A DNA stretch of 64,000 nt from the NCBI GenBank assembly GCA_046563655.1, contig CM102284.1, forward strand, positions 5,766,001 to 5,830,000. The letters are read 5' to 3'. The notes under the pieces were generated by a model. The model worked only from the letters and a program-made list of their open reading frames with translations, did not search any database and was not told the origin of the DNA. Shown one piece after another: positions 28,070 through 40,045 of this stretch; the stretch's first letter is position 1; every line of letters begins with the position of its first letter. The position numbers and the translations under genes are program-made. The DNA comes from Yuukianura sp. NJ FZ-2021. Its lineage: Eukaryota.

Positions 28070-28268
28070 ATTGTTATTGAGATTCCAGCAGCAGTGTAAA
28101 ATTCATCGCACAACTCACCGTAAAATTAGATTTGAGGATTTGACTCACTGACTGACACGGAAACAAAGAAAGCAGCAGACTGGTGCTCACTCAACTTCAC
28201 GCACATACCCCGAATTTCCCGCCAACAGCTGAGCAGAGTGAAACAAACAAAAATAACTTAATATTTCA

Positions 28269-28282
28269 GTTGCCATGACAAC
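28269..28282. promoter_or_regulatory. RFX X-box upstream of tetraspanin B
   Basis: GTTGCCATGACAAC, ~290 nt upstream of the ATG at 27981. Confidence 0.7.
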
Positions 28283-29817
28283 CGCAAATTTTAGTTGACC
28301 TGAGACCTTTTAAAATGTTCTGATTGTGTGATGAGAATAACTCACTGCTCCTTTAACGTTGAACTCTATCACCTCAACTTTACTTTGTCGTTCTTAGTTA
28401 ATAAACTCTTGCAGTAATTATAAGGTCAGGTTTACAAATATCTTGGAACTGAACGCAATAAAATGTTAACATTAATCTTAATTAACAAAAAAAGAATAAA
28501 TACAGATGAAGACAAGTTAAGTTTTAGAATTTAACTCAAAATTAAACTTAAAATCATAGATGAAAAAAGCAGCAATTCGAATTTGCACAAACTCAACGCC
28601 AAGATTCAAAATTGTTACATATTTCAAAGGGAAAAAGAACAGAAAACAAAAAATGAACAGCTACTAGACTGATTCAAAAATGAACCAAAAATTATAAACT
28701 CTGTATACAGTAAAGGTAGTAAGTTATTAGGAATTTGATGACATTAATTACTTCTTATACAAATTACAACTTAAAAGTCTGACTCTGTGAGATCTAATAG
28801 TACAATTTAGTTAGTTTTAGTTACATATAAATAATTTATAGTCTACGAATCCGGATTCCGGAGAAATTACTCTGCTTCAGAGACAGAAGTTCTCAGAAAA
28901 CACACCAAAAAACACTGAAAATCTCCAATTTTTTTTTAAAAAGTGACATTTTAGATAAGTTGAAGATTATCCCCAAACTTTTTAAAGTTCAAGTTTACAT
29001 CAAACGGAAAATAATATGATTCTCTCGTGAACTTTAAAACTGTTAAATAGTAAAGTTCTAAAGTTGGCTTATCATCGAAGTTGTGCTTGAATTTCAATAA
29101 TCGACCTTAATTTTTTCTAAAAGTTGACATTTGTCATAAAACAAAACACAAGAAAAATCTTAGGCTAGAAAATGCTGCTGGGAAAATACTTACTTGAAAC
29201 AGACGAAACTTGATTTTTAAACAAGGAATTTTATACTTTATAATAAGAGTAAATCTGGGTGTAATTTATCTACACTTAAGTTAACATTCCTTAATTACTT
29301 CAATAATCAGTTCTGAGACAAATGAACAAAAGGAAACCAAGGAATTTTAACAAAAAAAAAGCCTATTATAAACTATCATAGTTTAGTTAATTAGCAAAAC
29401 TAGTTCATTAACTTCTAACACTTAATTTCTAAGTTTAAGTGTGGGAGAGTGTTGTTGCCTTTCTCTGTAACTTTAGTAAACAAATACTTGTTGCATAAAA
29501 TCTAAGCCCTCAGCATCGTGTGTTCTTCGAGAGATTATCAAGAGAGTAAATAGCGTAAATGGAAGTCCTAACTCTTACAGTTTACCACACAATTACTGTT
29601 AATTATGAAACATCAACAAAACTAATTAATATACAGAATGACTTGAGATGTGATAATTATTACCTCGGGAGAGGGAAGAGTTAACTTTCTTCTGCCAAAT
29701 GGGAGGAGAGTGTTTGGCTTCCTAAAAGTCGTCCATCATCTTCTTTTCCAACACTTTTTGGAGCGACTTGACTGGAAAGTTTGAAAGAATTGAGGTTTTC
29801 TTTTGTTCAACTGTTCT

Positions 29818-32800
29818 TCAACTTTGACTGGAAACGGGTATTGATTCAGTTGGAGTTTCTTCAGAGATTTGAACTTCCACGGACTCTTGAGTGGCTATTT
29901 CCTGTTCCTGTGCGTCCTCTTCATCCTCTTCCATTTCTCTCATTTCCTCTGTCGGAATCTCCTCTGTCATTTGAATTGATTGTGCCTCAACGACTTGGAC
30001 TTCATTCACATCATTCATCGATGGTCGGATCGTATCCACTTGAGCCATCTAAAAACGCGAATTGACAATACAACGATACAGTTTCACAGATTTTGAATAA
30101 GATTTCCAATGTTGACTTACCATAATCACCTTTTCATTTCCTTCACCTTTGAGAAACTCACACAATTGGTAGACTTTGTCATTCTGAAACAATAAGAGAT
30201 AAACCAATTATTTCAAACTACTTGCGCAACATCAAAAGTGTCAACACCAAAAGTAGCCAAAATCACTCACATGTATAACTTGTCCTTGGGGATTGAGGGT
30301 AATGAGTTGCGTTTGCGTAGGGTCACCAGTGAGCGCTGAAAGTGGAATTGTCGCTGTTTCACCCTCTGTTCCAGGTTCCATTTTCGGCAGTACCATCGGA
30401 GTCACAACCTGCAAACATTCATCAATTTTAGTATTTTCGCAACGTAACAACATTTCGCAAGTTATTCAATGCAGAAGCAGTTGAAAAAAGCAACGAGTCA
30501 GTGTAAAACGAAATCGAACTTCAAATTTCAAATATTGACAAGCAGTTTTTGCTAAAAAGCTTTCCCGCGGATCCCAGCAGTCATTAAGCTTTTTTGCGTT
30601 TTTGGCGGTGCACTTACTCCTCCGCCATGATCAACGTAAGTAATTACGCTAGGCGTTTCCTCGACTGTGGCAATTGTGGATTCCCTGGCTAATCGAATGA
30701 ACCTTTGCTGCTGCGTCCTCTTACGCCCGACAATATTTATCCGCTAATTTTCGTTTTTAAAAAACAAAAGAAAAAGCAAAAACCAAATCACATCGAAACA
30801 CTTTCAAAAAAACACTGCGAAATAATAGTTAAAATGCCACTGAATATTTTTAGTTTCATAACTTTGGTGAAGCAGACACAAAGAAAAATGAAATTACCTG
30901 GAGGGTTCCTTCCGAATTTTGTCCAGGGATTTGAGAAATGTTGGCAACAACAGTTTGATACATTGTATTCGAATGTAAACCGCTCAGCATTCCAGAAACC
31001 GTAACTGGGTAAGTGTTTCCATCCTCGGCAGTCAAAATTATTTGTCCCTCGTGACCAATCGACGCTACAGAGTTGAGGTCAACCATGCTCATTCCATCAG
31101 ACCCATCTTGATTATGGACTTCATGTAGTTGGCCATCGCTTAACGTCTGAAGCTGGAAACATGAAAAATGAAACAGTTTTAGCACAACAATTCGAAATTG
31201 ACATATTTATAATCAAGACGTACGTGTCCAATGCCTTGAACTTGGGCAGTGGTACCATCCGGGAGGTGAATAATGGAATTGGCAGGATCCACTTGGATAA
31301 TAGAAACCGTACCATCAGGATTTGTAATTGTCTGTAGAACTTGAGAACCATATTGGCCCAACTGCAATGATGCATCAAGGAACTTCTTTTAGACCAAGAA
31401 AAAGAGTTTTACAAAACAAGAAGCAAAGCATCAGAAATCCAATTTGTTCAATGTTTAGTTTACACAAAGCTTACTCCTGCGAAAACCAAAATCATAAATC
31501 AATCCATTGCTCATTTCTAAAGACATGCGAAAAACAAATACTTAAGGTTGGAGAGGAATTAAAATATTCTCGAAATCGATTAAAATCATGCTCAAATATG
31601 TCAAGGCTAAGAAATGTTTCAAAACCAAAACAAGTTTAAATCATGAAAACGAAAATTCAAACACAGAGTTGTTAAACGGAAAACGTTTTTCCACAAAACT
31701 TGATGCAGAACCGTGCAGGAAAAGACTAAAGGGTAAAAGTATAAGCAGTGAGAGTGAGTTTGAAGAGCCAGTTACCGTTAAAGCTTGCGTCGAAATGGAT
31801 TGATTTTGAGATTGGGAATGAATATTGAGATTAAGATTGGAAGGACTGTTGCTGGAGTTCGTGTTAGTGATATGAGAATCAGGGCTTGCCTTGGGCATCT
31901 TCGTTATTGTTGGCTTCACGTCAACTTCTTCGTGATCTCCACTAAATACTGGCAGCAGATCCTCTCGTCCATGGTACTTGTAACAATTTATAACTATTTG
32001 TCGGAGAGCGTGTGTCCAAGAAACCTAAAAACACAAGTAACGTTCCAGCATTGTAAACTCTTTTTCATATAGCTGTCACTTACTTTCTGTTTCTCAATGT
32101 CCGTTCGTGCATCCATTCTGACATTGGCCCAAGGGAGGTCCTGTGGCCACCAATGAGGCCTAGTCGATTCCTTGCCCCATCCTGGTTTCCCACGACCCGT
32201 TGAGTACTTGAGCATCAGTGGGATAAAAGCTCTGAGTTGAGCTTGAGTCATCTTTTCTACCGGCGTTGGGATTCCATCGATTACCTAAAAATCCAATCAA
32301 TACTAAAGTGAAATCAAATCATAAATCAAAATGTTGAACTGGCAAAGTTGGAGATTTATTACAAGAGGTGGCATATCATGGAGAGAAGGATCGTCTGGTG
32401 GGGCTGCTGGAGTATTTTGTGCCAATGTCGCTTCCAGATCTTGCATCACCACTGGCCTCAAATTTCGAATGACATCTTCCAGTGGCTTTGCACCAAAACA
32501 TTTAAAGCTATTTTGAGGTTTCGCTGGAATTGCCACTACCACGACTGCTTGCATTCCAACCCGAATTGTGAACTCATCTATAGTTTGCTAAAATTAGAAA
32601 AACAAAATTAGAAATCAATTTGATCAAAAACAAAATCAATGCTGCATCATTTGTCTCCCTTACTCGTAATTTCCTCAGAAGTCTTGTCTGTTGCCTTTTC
32701 CTAATAGAGGGATTTGTTTCAAATTGATGCGGACGCTTGCGCTTCTTCGCTGATGCTATTGCGGCCGCGGCTGCCATTCCAATAGGACCTGTCCATCCCC

Positions 32801-33231
32801 AGACCAGGGAAAGAAGAAAGCAAAAAAAAAAGAAAGTTTCAGACATGTGAAAGTGCGGATTTGACTCCAAAAGTCCAACACGAAAACGCTGCCACGAAAG
32901 CCTTTTGCGTCAGTCAACGTTCAGCACATGTCCCGATTTTTGGCTCCAACAAAAATTGCTTCTACTACCACAACCTTTCATGCTTTTTCCTAGAAATTCA
33001 TTCAGTTGGAAACGGATACTCACCTGAAGTGGCTAACTGAGCTGTTACTTCATCTTCCATTGTCGCCGCCATGAGGTCACTTCCGTCTTCATATCCGTCA
33101 CTGTCATCCGACATAACGTCGTCTCCATCCTCTTCCATCACGGCATTCATTGCATGGTCCAGAGTCGAGTTGACTCCGCCCGACGACATTAGTATTGTCC
33201 CTGCTGCCTCGTCTCCGTTCATCGTCACCAT
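29818..33231 (-). CDS. ewg: Erect wing / nuclear respiratory factor 1 transcription factor
   Basis: KKRKRPHQFETNPSIRKRQQTRLLRKLR, MTQAQLRAFIPLMLKYSTGRGKPGWG, SWTHALRQIVINCYKYHGREDLLP, VLQTITNPDGTVSIIQVD. Confidence 0.95.
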
Positions 33232-35361
33232 TGAGAAAACGTTTTAGTTTTTAGTCCAGAAAAGAAAGTTGACTTTCTCACTCTGGATCTGCCTACTAGT
33301 TTCACTGAAAAATTAAACAAACTCAGGGTTTTAATGTTGCCTTAAATTCACACTGTCACTGAAAAATGTAAGGATCAGCCATTGCTCTGTTTGACACTGG
33401 AAATGGAAGTTTGTAGACGTAGAAGAAGCAAAGGGAAAGGTCTCCCTTCGCTTTCACTTTGTTAGGTTAGGAAAGGGAAAGCACTTTCGCTTTCCCCGAC
33501 ATTTCTCGGATCCAACTATAAGGAGAGAGGATCCTCCTTTCCCTGTATCCCGGAATAATTGATTTTTTCCCTCCCGGATCCCTTGTAAGGCCGTCGTAAA
33601 CGTCCAGGTTGAACGAACCTGTCCGAACTAAAATCCTGCTCCACCCAAAAGCCCTTCACTTTCAATTCTTCATCGAAATAGCAATCGGATCAACCCAGTA
33701 TCGATCGATTCATTATCCATATGCTGCCAGTGCAAACCCTACCCGGGTGACCATATCAATACCGTTATGTCATGGATACAAATCATTCCATATCAAAATA
33801 TAATTTTTGAAGGATGCCTATTCAAACTGAAAAGTCCATTCCAGATTTCCCTGCTGGATAGGAAAGCATTGTACTTTCCCCTAGTTTTCATTCTAAATCC
33901 GAGATCACATTCTGTTTTGTTTGGATTCAGTGCACATGAAGTGCGGGGTGCATACAAATGATTCATAATCTAATTAATTGAATTGTTTCGCTTCCGATTC
34001 ACCGAATCCGATCTGCTTCCCTGTTCCATTGATCGCCTTTCTTTCTCCCCCTACTGAGAAAGGAAATGTTTTACATGCAATTCTTATGACATACTTTGCT
34101 GAATCGGTAACTCAGTCCTCAGTCAATTAATTTAAAGTTAAAGATAAACTAACACTAATCATTCGCCGTCCTGCCAGTCCTAGCCCGAATTCAACCGAAC
34201 TCTGGACCATGAACAGCTGATTCGGCTTACTAACTTTAGTTATCATAACCTTCATCAAAAATGCATCTTAAACTGACCTCTGAAGATCTCAAATTGGAAA
34301 TTAACAACAAATGATAAAAGATCATGCAAAATTCATGCAATTTAGCGTTCACGGAAGTTATTTACACTGCTTTCCCAAGGAAGTCCCCGCCGTATAAAAG
34401 TTGAGCAAGCTCAGAGTATATTAAAATTGTACGACTGCGCCACGCACCTGCGTTACTTTGTGTTTGTGTAAAAAATTAAATGTTTTGGTTCTTACCTTCT
34501 TTGTTGACGTTGTAGACTCCAAAAACAAGCGTTGAAAGAACACAATTGACAATTGACAGTAGTAACTGCTGATTAATCAGTGACCGTCGTAGTAACTTTA
34601 ACTCCTTCCAAGACCACTCGATCCTTTGGACCGTATCTGTTCCGTTGTGGTTTTTATGGACAAAGTACTATAGGAGGTTCCATTTCATTTCTCCATAAGG
34701 ATATACACAGTCAGTATCTAGAAGGTAAGAAAAAAACTTGGTCAAATTCACCATTGGAGGAAAGGGAACTACACTGTCTCAAAATAAAGTTCACTTTTTG
34801 CCCCCTTTTCCGTTATGTTTTTCATACTGTTTTTTGAAAAGAAAATTACAAAATTTGAACTTTGCCGCACAACGCCTAAGCGGTTTTTTTCGCTGTGTTT
34901 GTTGGTTCTTACAATAACGAAATTATTATTGCTGGTGATTGCGATTGTTGTCCTTACATTTGATCAATAATTGTTAGTTATTCATTAAAATAAATCTAAG
35001 TTGAATTGCTATTTACTTCAATGGTTAATTGCACAGTGGAAGAAAGCTAACGGCTCTTATTGGGCTAATGGCGTTGGCTAATAATGGATTAAGATATCAC
35101 TTCACACTAAAAACACAGCTGAATGAGTTTAAAACGTTTCTTTGCTTAAAAGAGTGAGAAAATCCCGATTTGTGTGCTTTCCCGGACATTTTCTTTTCAA
35201 AAGAAAGTTACTATTAAAAAATATTCACATGAGGGAATACTTTGAAAATTCATATCTCGGGAACGGACCGTCTCCAGAACCTATTCTTCTCACGGCTGAA
35301 CTCAGAATGATCCACAAAACCGAAAATTGTCTTAAAAATTTCAAAAAATTTAAAAAAAATG

Positions 35362-35433
35362 TTCCCATGCCGGGAATTGAACCCGGGCCTTCTGGGTGAA
35401 AGCCAGATATCCTAACCACTAGACAACATGGGA
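35362..35433 (-). tRNA. tRNA-Glu (TTC)
   Basis: 72 nt TCCCATGTTGTCTAGTGGTTAGGATATCTGGCTTTCACCCAGAAGGCCCGGGTTCAATTCCCGGCATGGGAA; cloverleaf, followed by an oligo-T Pol III terminator. Confidence 0.95.
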
Positions 35434-35792
35434 TTTGATTAGAAGAACGCGTCCAGATTCCGTGCTAGGAACTACATTCAATAGGTTAGGTTAGAATTTC
35501 AGAATTCAAATTGCAAATTCTCTCCAAACAAAAAACAACAAGTTCATCTCACTATTGAGAACATATGTCACATACGAACATTTTATAACATATTTTTCAT
35601 AATTTTTAGACCATTTTTGGTTTTAAAAATCATATGCAATGTGAATTGTTAAAAATTTTTAACTTTAAAAATTGATTTATTGCTAAAACATGCACCTGTC
35701 AATGGCAGGTTAAAGACATAAATCTGAGCAATTAAAAATATAGTTGGAGATAAAATAATTGATCCAAATCTTTTCCTGGTGGAAGGGTTCCA

Positions 35793-35882
35793 TTGTTAAA
35801 TTGTTAAATTTAAATTTAAATTTAAATTTAAATTTAAATTTAAATTTAAATTTAAAGGGTTAAATTGTTAAAAATTGTTAAA
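35793..35882. repeat. (TTTAAA)n self-complementary microsatellite with TTGTTAAA flanks
   Basis: About 8 consecutive tttaaa units at ~35809-35856. Confidence 0.85.
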
Positions 35883-36182
35883 GTATTTCAGGTCTACGAC
35901 GGCAATAAATAAAAACGCTTCTGGCTTTGAACTCTAACAATTTAGACAATTTAGTAAGCTCTCTTTATTAAGCATTTTGTATCATAGTATTGAAATAGCA
36001 TTTTTCATATTGCCACGATTTAAAAACATATCGAACCATTTATGTACACTGAAATAACCATAAGTTTAGTTTAGCAAATAAGTTTAGCAAATACAACTGA
36101 AGGTCAAGGTCAGACTTTCGATTTAACAAACGACGGGTGGGAGAAGGTTATCGCAGGTCATTTTGAAATGGGCTGTGTCATG

Positions 36183-38932
36183 TCATCTTAGAAATTTTTT
36201 CCGCTGACACCGCTTTCCGTACCAGCCATCAAAGCATTCACATTTGTTCGGTCCAATGCAACTTCCATTTCGACAAGGAAGAGAGCAGGAATGACGCTGA
36301 GACATTGTACGACTTGCCAAACCAATTTCACAATGGTCGCCCGAAAAATTATGCTGACATCTAAAAACGAAAAGTTAAAAACAAAATTAATCTAAATCAA
36401 GTCCCTAACTAAAATAAGAAAGTTTCAAACTAACCTACACACATTGACTCCCCTGCATCTTCCTCCATTTAGGCATGGAATCATGCATTTACCTGCAAAA
36501 ACAATTTAAAAATTGTAGTCAGTGATATAAACTTGCGCTGTCAATCTACGATTCACAACTCAGAAGAAGATTGGATTTTAAAAAACGTTATTTTTGAAGT
36601 GGGCGGGGCGTGGGAATTGAATTCCAACAATTTTGAATTGCGTCTTACTAAATTGGCAGTTTCTTCCGTAGTAACCACCGGCACATTCACACGTATCCTT
36701 CGATAGGCATTTCCCACCGTTGAGACACTTCTCAGCACAGATTCCTGTTAAAAAGCCAATTTTAAGAAACTAAATTGATTGATTGACATTTCAGGTAACT
36801 AAATGGCATCACTGAAGTTTACACGCTGCACGAACAATCTCGTGTTGCCAATTTCGTATTCGGCATTTGGAATTCGTCAATTGTCAGCGCAGACAGCCAG
36901 CGCAAGCACTTCCAAACCGAATCAACGTTTTGAATCGAAAGAGGAAAAATTGAAAAATTTGAGAGACCGAGTTATTCGCGTAGATCATGCTGGGGAATTC
37001 GGTGCAAATCGAATTTACGCAGGACAAATGGCCGTGTTAAGTAAGAAGCATTTTTCAAATTTCGAAATTCCAGGAAACCAAAATATTTTCTCTCAAAATT
37101 TTCAAATTTTAGGAAACACCAAATCTGGACCGCTGATTCAGCATATGTGGGACCAAGAAAAGGAACATTTGAGGATCTTTGAAACTCTTATTCCAAAGTA
37201 TCGTGCTCGGCCTACTGCTCTGCTTCCATTTTGGAACGTTGCTGGATTCGCGCTTGGTGCAGGTAAAGACAAAATTTTGTAACTTTTTCAAAAATTTTGG
37301 CATTTTTATAAATTTTCTGTTGCAAATTTTAGGAACTGCCTTGCTTGGGGAGAAAGCAGCAATGGCTTGCACAGTGGCGGTTGAGGACGCTATTACGGAG
37401 CATTACAATAATCAAATCCGGGAGTTAATGTCCGTTTCATCCGATTTGTCTGAGAACAAAGAATTGCTCGACTACATTCAAAAGTGCCGCGACGAGGAAC
37501 AAGAGCATCTTGACACAGGAATTGCAAATGATGCTGAACAAGCTCCAGCATATAGCTTGCTAACGGGAGCAATTAAGGCTGGATGCAAAACGGCCATTTG
37601 GTTGTCTGAACGCATTTAAGCAATTAGTTTTAATGTGGAGTAATTAAAAATTGAAATTACCCGATTCACAATTGCTCCCATGAAATCCTAGAGAGATATA
37701 AAGATCGAATTTCAAGAAATTGCAAAATTCAATTGAATTTTTATTGCCTTTTGTTTATTTTTTCGTACCGAGTTGACAGGAACATTTTCCCGGAGCTATG
37801 CAGACTCCGCCGTTGAGACACTGCGGAAAACAGAGAGCCGTGGAACAGTTGACACCGTGGTAGCCTTCTTTGCAAATACAAAGTCCCTCTGAATTGCACC
37901 TTCCGTTGGCACCACATTTGAGGTCACATTCGGGGTCAGGACTTTTTTCTTTACATTCTTTTCTGAGTCGAAGACGAAGTGGCGTTCCAGGCAGCGGACG
38001 CCCATTCCTTGTTTCAATTAGCAAACCTAAAGTAATTGAAAAATTGAAATCGAGACTAGAAAACTATTGTTGTAGGGGGTTTTTACTCTGTTTTGAAATC
38101 GGGGTTACTGAAATTCTTAAAAGTTTGTGAAAATGTCAAAATAATTTAATTTGTTTACCAATTGTGAAAGATGCAACTCCGGATTTCTTCCCAGAGCAAG
38201 GCAAATTGACACTGAAAGCTTCAAATTAACAAATCATTAAGTTTTCAAATTCAAAAAAGTGTTTTAGAAAACTGTTTTAAAAAATGGTTTAGTTTTTTCC
38301 TACATCTAGGCCTTCTAGGAATCCTCCCACGAGGAGGTAAAGATATAACTGGATTGTCCAGAATTTCTGGATTGAGGGACTCCAGACTGTCGAAATTGTA
38401 AAAGTATTTCCGATGTCCAGCTTTCCATGTGAAATTTACTACCCCGACCTGAAAATGACAAGAAGAATTTTTGCAATTTGCGAACAATGTTAAATTCTAA
38501 ACTTTGAACCTTGCCGTACTTCTGTAGGAATCACCGGTAAATAGTCCTGGAAGTTCGGATCTAAAATGTAAGGCAGGACGTGACCTTCTGAAATCGCTTG
38601 AATCTCCATCGGAAATCCTGGAAAAATCGGAGTTTTCTTTTGAAATTGAAAATTCGTTATTACGTTTACACAGATGCACTTTTACCGCTGAACATTTTGA
38701 CTTGTTCGTTTGGTATCCAAAGACTCAGTTTGTCTTCTTTTGATCCTTGTCTATGTCGCTTCGGTCTTTCTCGTTCAACTGTTGAAGCTTCCGGTGACAC
38801 CGAAGGTGCAACTGAAATGAACAAACTCAGGAAAACGACAATTCTGATCAAACTGCACTTGAGCGTCGTCTTGAAAATGAAATTGGCTGTTTTTCCAAAA
38901 AGTCTTTCAGAGATCATAGCGTCAGTTTCCAC
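36183..38932 (-). CDS. shf: Shifted / Wnt inhibitory factor 1 (WIF domain plus EGF repeats)
   Basis: [33 protein letters not shown], then EGF repeats ([26 protein letters not shown]); stop at 36183-36185. Confidence 0.92.
36803..37619 (+). CDS. COQ7: 5-demethoxyubiquinone hydroxylase, mitochondrial
   Basis: [45 protein letters not shown] di-iron motifs; three coding exons. Confidence 0.97.
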
Positions 38933-39889
38933 TTCAAATGATCTCCGACTTCATCCATGACCTTTGACCTTGCTATATTCTTTTGACATCAGCGGCGTTC
39001 AACGCACCGGCAGCTCAACCATTTGTTTTAGAAATATGTCTTTACTGGGACGCTCGGAACTTGAAACTTCAAAATTGTGTAGAAACGTTGATCAGCACGA
39101 GCAATTCAGAGGCTCCAAACTTTCTGAAAATCTTTATGGTCCATTTGAGAGTCCTCCGGCAATATTCCTGATTGTTTTGAGACCCTTAACCTGCTTGAAT
39201 AAAAAATAAGAACTGAAATGAAGGCCCCTTAGGATATTGGATGACTTAAGCCTCACCTCTGTCCACCTTCTCGAACAATTCCTTTAGTTCTGCCTGGATT
39301 GGATGGTTACTACTCTGATTCTAAAAGCACTTTACTCAAGTGCCAAGGAAGTGTAGACACTTTATTAGGCCTCTTCCAACCCACTTATCATCTTCTTAAC
39401 GACGTACCTCATCTTCACAGCAGCACCCTCAGGACCAAACACATCTTTTAGTCACCTCTGAACCCTCCCCTGCCAACACCACATGAATTATGGACAACAG
39501 ACTTCCCTTCCTCCACTTATCCATCTAAGTCCACTCAAATTTCAAGGTAGCCAAGTACCTTTGTGCTGATTCAAAGAACAATACAAGAGAAAAGGACCCT
39601 TCAAGGGCCCAAAGCCCTTTTTTCTTCAATTTTGCTGTTCAAGTACTCAGGTGAAGGTGGTGCAAAACCGATTTGACAAGTGCGTGATGCTTCTAAAACT
39701 TGTCAGAAAGTTGTCAGCGTCATCCTAACCCCCTGTTGTTATGATTCTGAAATTTTGGAAAAATAGGATTTGAAAGAACCATAATTTTGAAATTGCTCCT
39801 GTCATGTCAAACTTACTGAATGAATTTAGATTTTCGCATGGAAAAGAATGGGACGCGCTTTTTAAATTCAGTAGACTTTAGCATCGACA

Positions 39890-39902
39890 GTTGCCTAGCA
39901 AC
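39890..39902. promoter_or_regulatory. RFX X-box upstream of TTC26
   Basis: GTTGCCTAGCAAC ~145 nt before the ATG of an IFT gene. Confidence 0.8.
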
Positions 39903-40045
39903 GAAATTGTAAACATTCACTATGGCATGTTTTGCTGCGCTCAATAACGAACTACTTCAAAGTCGTCATCATCATCAGTCCGAGTGGAATCGATGGCTTG
40001 AAGTTTTGGTGACTTCGACAAAACTAAAGCGAAACTGCACTGAAA

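Noticed and set aside
35142-35419. ORFs overlapping the tRNA
   Set aside because: Explained by tRNA-Glu and its flanks
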